Assembly: GCA_947624505.1 (NCBI GenBank)
Contig: CANQKO010000002.1
Span: 10,097-74,096 of the forward strand
DNA: 64,000 nucleotides
Origin: an uncultured Bacilli bacterium
GTDB lineage: Bacteria > Bacillota_I > Bacilli_A > RF39 > UBA660
Direction: 5' to 3'
In this document: one piece after another, positions 57,251-64,000 of the stretch
Numbering within the stretch: position 1 is the stretch's first letter
Layout of the letters: the number at the start of each line of letters is the position of its first letter
Made by a program: the position numbers and the translations under genes
Notes under the pieces: model-generated
Seen by the model: only the letters and a program-made list of their open reading frames with translations
Databases searched by the model: none
What the model was told of the DNA's origin: nothing

Positions 57251-58939
57251 TTAATATTTCTTTAGATAATCACTTACAAAATTTATGACATTATCAATCT
57301 TTATTTCTGTAAATTCACTCTTAGTTCTTTCTTTAACTTCTACAATATTATCAGTTACTTTTTTACCAACAGTTATTCTTAAAGGAATACCAATTAAATC
57401 CATATCTTTAAATTTAACGCCTGGTCTTTCTTCACGATCATCAAGGAGAACATCTATACCATTAGATTTTAAATCTTCATATAATTTATTAGCAATATTT
57501 ACTTGTTCCTCATTTTTCATATCAATAACAACTATACATACTTGATAAGGCGCAATAGATAAAGGAAAAATAATACCATTTTCATCATTATTTTGCTCAA
57601 TTATACTAGCAAGTATTCTTCCAATACCAAGGCCATAACAACCCATTACAACTGGGAATGATTTATTATTTTCATCTAAGTATGTTAAACCTAATTTAGA
57701 AGAATATTTTGTTCCTAATTTAAATAAGTTACCTATTTCTATTCCTTTTTTAAAATATAATTTACCTCCACAAACAGGACAAATATCACCCTCTAAAACA
57801 TTTGATATATCACCAAAGACATCATATTTAAAGTCTTTAGGATTAGCATTAATATAATGATATCCTTCTTTATTTCCTCCACAGCAAAAATTATGCATTG
57901 AAAGAATTTCACTGTCAACAACTATTTTACTATTTAAATTAATTGGTCCCGTAAAACCAGAAACAGCATTACTCTTACTTATTAATTCATCATCAGCAAA
58001 AGTGATATCACTTACCTTTAATAACTTACAAGCTTTATTTAAATTAAGCTCTCTATCTCCTCTTATAAAGAAAGTTACAAGTTCATCATTAACATTCATA
58101 AGCATTGCTTTAACACATTTACTTTTTGGAATATTTAAATAACTACTTACTTCTTCGATACTTTCTTTATTAGGGGTTTCCACTAATTCTAACTTTTTTT
58201 CCTCTTCTTTTATTTCTTTAGATACAACTTCTGATACTTCTATATTAGACGAATAATCACAAGAATCACATAATACTAAAACATCTTCTCCAATATTAGT
58301 TATTGCTTGATATTCTTCTGATAAACTACCACCCATAACACCAGTATCTGCTTTAACAATTTTATAATTAATTTTTAAACGATCATAAATATGATTATAA
58401 GCTTCTTTCATTTTATTATAAGAAATATCTAAGCCTTTTTCGTCTCGATCAAAAGAATAAGCATCTTTCATAATAAATTCTCTTACTCTAATAAGGCCAT
58501 ATCTTGGTCTTGGTTCATCACGAAATTTATCAGCCATTTGATAAATTGTAAAAGGTAAATCTTTATAACTATTAACTTTGGACTTAGCAGCAATAGTAAA
58601 TAATTCTTCGTGCGTTGGTCCCAAAACAAAAGGTTTATCAAAACGGTCAGAAAGATGAAACATACTTTTACCTAGGGCATCGATTCTCCCACAAGTCTCA
58701 TAATATTCACTAGGTATTAAACTTGGCATTAAAACCTCTTCAGCTCCCGCAGCGTCCATTTCTTCTTTAACAATCTTTTTTATTTTATCAAGAACTTTTA
58801 AACCCATTGGTAAATACATATAAATACCTGTGCCAACTTTTTTTATCATACCTGATCTTACTAATAATTTTCCACTTAAACTTTCTTCATCTTTTACATC
58901 TTCTCTTAAAGTATAAAAATAACTATTTTTTAATTTCAT
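57251..58939 (-). CDS. proS: proline--tRNA ligase
   Basis: Class II aaRS motifs with an inserted editing domain; 562 aa with a C-terminal anticodon-binding domain. Confidence 0.9.
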   Translation of the reverse strand: MKLKNSYFYTLREDVKDEESLSGKLLVRSGMIKKVGTGIYMYLPMGLKVLDKIKKIVKEEMDAAGAEEVLMPSLIPSEYYETCGRIDALGKSMFHLSDRFDKPFVLGPTHEELFTIAAKSKVNSYKDLPFTIYQMADKFRDEPRPRYGLIRVREFIMKDAYSFDRDEKGLDISYNKMKEAYNHIYDRLKINYKIVKADTGVMGGSLSEEYQAITNIGEDVLVLCDSCDYSSNIEVSEVVSKEIKEEEKKLELVETPNKESIEEVSSYLNIPKSKCVKAMLMNVNDELVTFFIRGDRELNLNKACKLLKVSDITFADDELISKSNAVSGFTGPINLNSKIVVDSEILSMHNFCCGGNKEGYHYINANPKDFKYDVFGDISNVLEGDICPVCGGKLYFKKGIEIGNLFKLGTKYSSKLGLTYLDENNKSFPVVMGCYGLGIGRILASIIEQNNDENGIIFPLSIAPYQVCIVVIDMKNEEQVNIANKLYEDLKSNGIDVLLDDREERPGVKFKDMDLIGIPLRITVGKKVTDNIVEVKERTKSEFTEIKIDNVINFVSDYLKKY

Positions 58940-59101
58940 TAGATGAACCTTCTTTCTTTAATTAATTATATACTATAAGTTAAAAAAAAGAAAGATTTCC
59001 TTTATTTCTTTCTTTTTAAAGTGCTTACATCATATTCATACTCTTTTCTTATAGTTAATTATAATACTTGATATTTAATAAAAAAGCAATAAATATTTAT
59101 T

Positions 59102-59140
59102 AAAAAAAGCTAGTTTATAATACTATAACTAGCCCTTTTA
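59102..59140. terminator. rho-independent terminator downstream of the ADH gene (minus strand)
   Basis: GCTAGTT-tataatactat-AACTAGC with A7 upstream, which is U7 on the minus strand. Confidence 0.55.
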
Positions 59141-59159
59141 TAAAATACAATATATAAAA

Positions 59160-60173
59160 TTATTTATTTGGATCAACTAATATTTTAATTGAATTAGATG
59201 TCCCACTTGTAAGTTCTTCATAACAACTTTGAACATCTTCTAAAGTAACAGTTTTAGAAACAAATTTTAATACATCAATCTCTTTATTAGCAATCATACT
59301 AATACACTTAGCAAATTCTTCTTTTTTATAAGCAATGGCACCGATAATAGTTACTTCTTTCATAACGGCATCAATACTATTAAAGTTAATTGGTAACATT
59401 GATACCCCAACTAAAATAACTTTACCGCCTTCTTTAACTAGATTTAAAGCACTATTAACAGCAGGACTATTACCACAACATTCCAAAACTTTATCAAAGT
59501 GACTAGAATATTCTTTCATCACTTTTTCATCTTTAGCATTAATCCATTTATCAGCTACTCCAAGTTTAACGGCAGCTTCTCCTCTTTTCTCATTGGTTTC
59601 CGAAATAACTACATTACTGGCTCCACTTTTTTTAGCAAACATTGCACACATTAAACCAATAATACCAGCCCCAACTACTAAAACATCATCACCAACATCA
59701 ATATCAGCCAAGTTAATTGCGTGATAACCTACCGCTGTGGGTTCTACTAAAGCTCCTTCTTCATCACTAACACTATCAGGTAGTTTAAAAACCATATCAC
59801 TTCGAACTTTAAGCATTGGTTCAAGGCCACCAGGATTTTCTAAAGATAAACCACTTGCATACGTCCAAGTTTCTTTACAATAATGAATATTACCAGAAAG
59901 ACAAGCCTCACAATGACCACAAGGAGATATAGGTAAAGCAGTAACTCGATCACCAACTGCTAAATCATCTCTTCCCCCATTATCTACTACAACACCAGAA
60001 TATTCGTGACCCATAACAAGACCCACTGGTCCACCAAGTTCAAAATAATGTAAATCAGAACCACAAATACCTGTTTTATGAACCTTTATTAAAACTTTTC
60101 CTTCTTCTTTTTGCATTTCCGGAACATCTTTAATTGCAAATTCCCTAACCCCTTTAATTGCTACACACTTCAT
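59160..60173 (-). CDS. zinc-dependent medium-chain alcohol / polyol dehydrogenase
   Basis: GHEYSGVVV catalytic Zn motif, CGHCEAC structural Zn motif and a GAGIIG Rossmann loop. Confidence 0.85.
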   Translation of the reverse strand: MKCVAIKGVREFAIKDVPEMQKEEGKVLIKVHKTGICGSDLHYFELGGPVGLVMGHEYSGVVVDNGGRDDLAVGDRVTALPISPCGHCEACLSGNIHYCKETWTYASGLSLENPGGLEPMLKVRSDMVFKLPDSVSDEEGALVEPTAVGYHAINLADIDVGDDVLVVGAGIIGLMCAMFAKKSGASNVVISETNEKRGEAAVKLGVADKWINAKDEKVMKEYSSHFDKVLECCGNSPAVNSALNLVKEGGKVILVGVSMLPINFNSIDAVMKEVTIIGAIAYKKEEFAKCISMIANKEIDVLKFVSKTVTLEDVQSCYEELTSGTSNSIKILVDPNK

Positions 60174-60245
60174 ATATAATCCTCCTAAATATTATTATAC
60201 CAAAGTTAAATTTTTTTATAAAATAAAAAAGGTAAAAGTTGACAT

Positions 60246-61421
60246 TTATTCATATAAAATGTCAATATCAACATCACCTTTTATGCCCTCAATCTTTCCA
60301 TTATTAGCCATTTGCCACATTAAATATTTTCCTTTATAACTAGTTTTTTCAGTATAATTAGCAAGCCAAGCTAAATCATAATCATCCCATAATGTTTCTA
60401 AATAAAATTTACTCCCATAAAGCATTCCCTTATAACCATTATCATTAATAGTTTTAATAAAACTATTACCTATTTCATTTAAAGTATGAAAACTTATTTT
60501 TAAACTATTCCATTTCGACCAATTTTCCCAATCAAAAGCAATTGGTAAATCTATTTTTTCTTTATTTAAAGTTTTAATTACCCATTTAGCTTGTTCTTTA
60601 GCTTCTTTAGCGCTTGTTGCAACACTGTTAAAATAAATCCCTACTTTTAATCCGGCATTTTTAGCATTCTTAATATTTTCTTTAAAATAAGGATCAATAA
60701 TATAATCTCCTAATACGCCATCTTGACTACCTATTCTAATCATTACAAAACTAGCACCGGCTTCTTTAACTTTGGTAAAATCGATATCTCCCTGCCACTT
60801 TGATACATCTATTCCCAAAGAATTATTAACATCTTTCTTACTTGTCAATACTTCTTTAAATAAAGTATTTTCTTTTTTAGAAGGAGTATTATCATTTTTT
60901 AAATCATTACTTGGATCATTAACATTTAAAGTAACATTTACTTCTTTTATATTATTACTACTATCAGATAAATAATATTTTAACTTATATGTATCTTCTT
61001 TATTTAAATCATAATCCCCTTCAATTGAGCATTTTACTAATCCACTATAATTATCACCATAGGTAATTAAATTACATAAATCACCTGTATATCCAATATT
61101 AACTGTTTTATTGGTTCCACTAAAAACTAAAGGTGGTGTTTCATCAACAACATTAATTTTAAACTTATAAATATATTTTTTACCCTTTTTTATATAATAA
61201 ATACTATATTCTTTTTCCCCTAATTTATCAGTTGTTATTTTATAATTATCACTAACTATTTGATATTCACTATTATTTTTTAAGATATCATTTATTTTAA
61301 CATCATTATATACCTGTACTTTATCATTTATTTCAAAATAATTAACATTCTTTTCGGTATATATTCTTTCTTGACATCCTGTTAGTAAAAAACTAATTAA
61401 GATAATAATAATTAATTTCAT
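60246..61421 (-). CDS. lipoprotein with a C-terminal GH25 muramidase (lysozyme) domain
   Basis: Lipobox LLTGCQ and an N-terminal beta-rich domain. The C-terminal GIDVSKWQGDIDFTKVKEAGASFVMIRIG matches the GH25 signature. Confidence 0.8.
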   Translation of the reverse strand: MKLIIIILISFLLTGCQERIYTEKNVNYFEINDKVQVYNDVKINDILKNNSEYQIVSDNYKITTDKLGEKEYSIYYIKKGKKYIYKFKINVVDETPPLVFSGTNKTVNIGYTGDLCNLITYGDNYSGLVKCSIEGDYDLNKEDTYKLKYYLSDSSNNIKEVNVTLNVNDPSNDLKNDNTPSKKENTLFKEVLTSKKDVNNSLGIDVSKWQGDIDFTKVKEAGASFVMIRIGSQDGVLGDYIIDPYFKENIKNAKNAGLKVGIYFNSVATSAKEAKEQAKWVIKTLNKEKIDLPIAFDWENWSKWNSLKISFHTLNEIGNSFIKTINDNGYKGMLYGSKFYLETLWDDYDLAWLANYTEKTSYKGKYLMWQMANNGKIEGIKGDVDIDILYE

Positions 61422-61463
61422 ATAATCCCCATTCTTTATTTAAAAAAGATGCATTAATGCATC

Positions 61464-61751
61464 TTATAGATATTCAACAATTTTAATATTATTTTTTAAT
61501 TTTTCAATTAAATCTTCTGGCTCATATTTAGCAAATATTCCCACAAAATTACTATGATCCATTAAAAACATATCATAATATTCTAAAAATATTTGTTGAT
61601 AATTAGTAACTCCTAAATCTTTTAAATAACTAATATTTTCACATACTAATTTTTTATTAGTTTTAATTAAGTTAACTAAATTCTTGGGTGAATTATCTAA
61701 GAATTCAGCAATGTCTTCTTTGTTAAAATTAAATTTTTCTAAAAATTTCAT
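61464..61751 (-). CDS. hypothetical protein (95 aa)
   Basis: Overlaps the upstream ORF by 4 nt, indicating translational coupling. Confidence 0.45.
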   Translation of the reverse strand: MKFLEKFNFNKEDIAEFLDNSPKNLVNLIKTNKKLVCENISYLKDLGVTNYQQIFLEYYDMFLMDHSNFVGIFAKYEPEDLIEKLKNNIKIVEYL

Positions 61752-62452
61752 GCTGCCCTCCTATAACTTGATTCAGTATCATAAACATCCGGTTTAATAT
61801 CATCAAGTCCAATATCAGCAAAACTTATTTCATCATTATAAGTTTGACTATCATATTCACTAAGACTAGCAAGTTGTCCACGTAATCCTTCTAAATCTTC
61901 TCTTATTTTAGCAAAAGGCTTATCAAAATCTTCTTCACTAGAACTATCAGGATTAACTGTTACTAAATCATCTTCATTTAACACATTATCAGTTAGTTCA
62001 TTAGAACTTAAAGTTACTGCTTCACTGGTTTTATTAAATGTTTTTTGCCATTCAGCTTCACTAAAAAGAAACTTTTCATAACTACCATCTTCTTTTTTAT
62101 ATGGTTTATTTACTTGCATACAATATTTTATTTTTTTAAAAATATCTAAAGCATTTAGATTAATTCTACTTGGATCTTCTCGATAAATTTCTATTTCATT
62201 TATACTTTCAATAATACTAAATTTTTTTAAAATTTCATTATATCCATTACAAACAACTTTTAATTCTCTCGCTTTTGTAATAAAAACATTTTTACTTTTT
62301 AAAAAACTAACTATTTCTTGCATTTCTTCATAAGGAACTACTACTAAATCGATAAAAAATTTTTCAATTACATTTTTTCGTTCCCTATCATTAAATTCAA
62401 ACAAATCTAATTTATCATTAATGTTTTCCATTATATCCCTCCTAATATGCAA
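61748..62452 (-). CDS. hypothetical acidic protein (234 aa)
   Basis: Overlaps the upstream ORF by 11 nt; no recognisable motif. Confidence 0.45.
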   Translation of the reverse strand: MHIRRDIMENINDKLDLFEFNDRERKNVIEKFFIDLVVVPYEEMQEIVSFLKSKNVFITKARELKVVCNGYNEILKKFSIIESINEIEIYREDPSRINLNALDIFKKIKYCMQVNKPYKKEDGSYEKFLFSEAEWQKTFNKTSEAVTLSSNELTDNVLNEDDLVTVNPDSSSEEDFDKPFAKIREDLEGLRGQLASLSEYDSQTYNDEISFADIGLDDIKPDVYDTESSYRRAA

Positions 62453-63530
62453 TTAATGGTACTTTCTTTGGATCTAAACCACTACTAATTAATTTATTAA
62501 TGGTACTATCTAAATCATTCTTATTATATTTTATTAATATATTAGGATTTAAATAAATATCAAATGGTTCTTTACCAATTTCTATTAATTTATCTACTTT
62601 TTCTTCAAATTCTTTATCATATAATAGTTCAACATTATCAATAAATAAATCTAATTTTAAATCTTTATTTTTAGCATATAAAACATTTTTTCTTAAATCA
62701 TTTTCATTATAATTAGCTAAGACTTTTTCTAAATCATTACTGGTAAAGTCTAAATAATCAAAACCTAATTCAGTTAATAAATCAATTAATTCATCTTTTG
62801 GCGATTTAGTTGTTTTAATATCTTCATTAACATTTTCTTTAGCTTCCGCTAAAACTTCTGAAATGCTTTTACCTGTTAAAGTACTATTTTTAATTTTTTC
62901 TTCATAATCATATAAAGCATCTTCTGGGAACATCATCAATTTAGCAGCTTCTCTTCTTTCATCTTCATTAAATTCAAATTTTTCAAGTAATGAAGTAAGA
63001 GAATCTCTTGTTATATTTATGTTACCATTCAAAGCTAAATCAAAATATTCATTTAAACGAGCTTGATTTTCTAACGCTTCGTCTTTTCTAATAGCAAGTT
63101 CTTCAATTGTCGCAATAGCGCTATTCATTTCTGATTCAACTTTAATTAATTCATCTTTAGCTTTATCAGTCTCATCTTTTACTCTATCAATTGTTTTAGG
63201 CAATAAATTACTAATATCTTCACTTAAACGATCAGGATTAAAATCAATTTTTAATTTTTCTAAGACATTTTTAAAATCATCTGTTTTAATATGACTTAAA
63301 GCAGTTAATAATTTATCTCCTTCTTCACCTAAAACTCGCTCTTCTTCCGTTAAGTTTTCAATCTTTTCTTGTAATTTAGCCTTTTCTTCAGTTGTTCTTT
63401 CTTTCGTTTCCGTTGCTATTTCTCTTTCTTTTTCCATCTTAGAAAGAATCACACTATCTTCACCACGTAGATTATATAATTTATCTAATAATTTCGTAAT
63501 TTCTGCAGTTAACATTTTCATTATAACCAC
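62442..63530 (-). CDS. hypothetical coiled-coil, K/E-rich protein (362 aa)
   Basis: Long heptad-like charged segments and no TM helix; second gene of the sigma-factor operon. Confidence 0.45.
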   Translation of the reverse strand: MVIMKMLTAEITKLLDKLYNLRGEDSVILSKMEKEREIATETKERTTEEKAKLQEKIENLTEEERVLGEEGDKLLTALSHIKTDDFKNVLEKLKIDFNPDRLSEDISNLLPKTIDRVKDETDKAKDELIKVESEMNSAIATIEELAIRKDEALENQARLNEYFDLALNGNINITRDSLTSLLEKFEFNEDERREAAKLMMFPEDALYDYEEKIKNSTLTGKSISEVLAEAKENVNEDIKTTKSPKDELIDLLTELGFDYLDFTSNDLEKVLANYNENDLRKNVLYAKNKDLKLDLFIDNVELLYDKEFEEKVDKLIEIGKEPFDIYLNPNILIKYNKNDLDSTINKLISSGLDPKKVPLIAY

Positions 63531-63601
63531 TCCCTCTTATTATGACTAAATTATACCACACGCACAAGTATCTTGTAAATAATTTACATAAACTTTCTAT
63601 A

Positions 63602-64000
63602 TTATTTTTTCTCTTGAAAAAGAATCTTTTTTATTTTAAATCTTACTCTTTGAATTGTATTATCAACTTGTTTATAATTCTTATTTAATATTTTAGACAT
63701 TTCTGGTAAGCTCATTCCTTTATATAAAAGAGTAAAAACTTGATATTCATTTTCCGTTAAATTATTTTTAATCAATTTAATTAATTCAGAATAACTTTCA
63801 TCTTCTAAAATATTTTTTAAAGGATCATTGGCTCTTTCATCACTAATGGTATCTAAAAGGGTAACATCACTATCCAAAATAGCCATATCAAGTGAAAATA
63901 AATCGTTAACTCCTTGATATTTTGGCCGATGATATTTTCTAATTATTCCTTTAATTCTTCTTTCAATACAAAGGGTAATAAAAGTAGAAAGAGATGTATC
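63602..64000 (-). CDS. sigma-70 family (ECF/TcdR-like) RNA polymerase sigma factor, 5' end beyond the window
   Basis: The reading frame stays open upstream of the annotated Met to the window edge. The C-terminus has a region-4 HTH (LYKGMSLPEMSKILNKNYKQVDNTIQRVRFKIKKIL) and a region-2-like FITLCIERRI segment. Confidence 0.55.
   Translation of the reverse strand, partial: DTSLSTFITLCIERRIKGIIRKYHRPKYQGVNDLFSLDMAILDSDVTLLDTISDERANDPLKNILEDESYSELIKLIKNNLTENEYQVFTLLYKGMSLPEMSKILNKNYKQVDNTIQRVRFKIKKILFQEKK

Noticed and set aside
58940-59160. T-box or other leader upstream of proS
   Set aside because: No T-box consensus (AGGGUGGNACCGCG) is present. The region contains only an AT-rich promoter-like sequence and the terminator of the upstream ADH gene.

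Overview
This 64 kb window is a very AT-rich chromosomal segment that looks like a low-GC Firmicute (Clostridia- or Erysipelotrichia-like). The evidence is standard-code ORFs, a peptidoglycan MurE ligase, a TagO/TagA/MnaA teichoic-acid-type linkage pathway, a dockerin module, SipW-cognate-type signal peptides, a T-box leader and a sigma-70 family factor. Housekeeping genes (trpS 5' end, murE, plsC, uppP, tyrS with a T-box, yebC, typA/bipA, uvrB, proS, a Zn-ADH, an SDR) are interleaved with a large accessory cell-envelope component. The first accessory block (3.3-18 kb) is a Wzx/Wzy-type, TagO-initiated polysaccharide locus with a CsaB-like pyruvyl transferase and a PatA/PatB-like MBOAT + SGNH O-acetylation pair, consistent with a pyruvylated, O-acetylated secondary cell wall polymer locus. 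The second (18.8-29.9 kb) is a set of secreted or surface proteins. It contains a cadherin-like protein, an SH3b + dockerin protein, and two paralogous Ig/Fn3-like proteins with different Cys-rich C-terminal modules of anomalous GC, each divergently paired with an XRE-family regulator. The third (35.8-39.7 kb) is a 1081-aa protein built from about 50 Cys/Asp-rich, thrombospondin-type-3-like Ca-binding repeats, lying directly downstream of a small TasA-like protein with a SipW-type signal. Other notable items are a tandemly duplicated ~396-bp intergenic module with the architecture of a type I toxin-antitoxin locus, an XRE-HTH::ABC-ATPase fusion, an Rpn-family nuclease with a partial duplicate, two DUF4143 AAA ATPases (one frameshifted and flanked by direct terminator repeats), a CadC/P-type metal ATPase pair, and a sigma-factor operon of three uncharacterised proteins next to a GH25 muramidase lipoprotein. 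No CRISPR array, rRNA or tRNA gene is visible.
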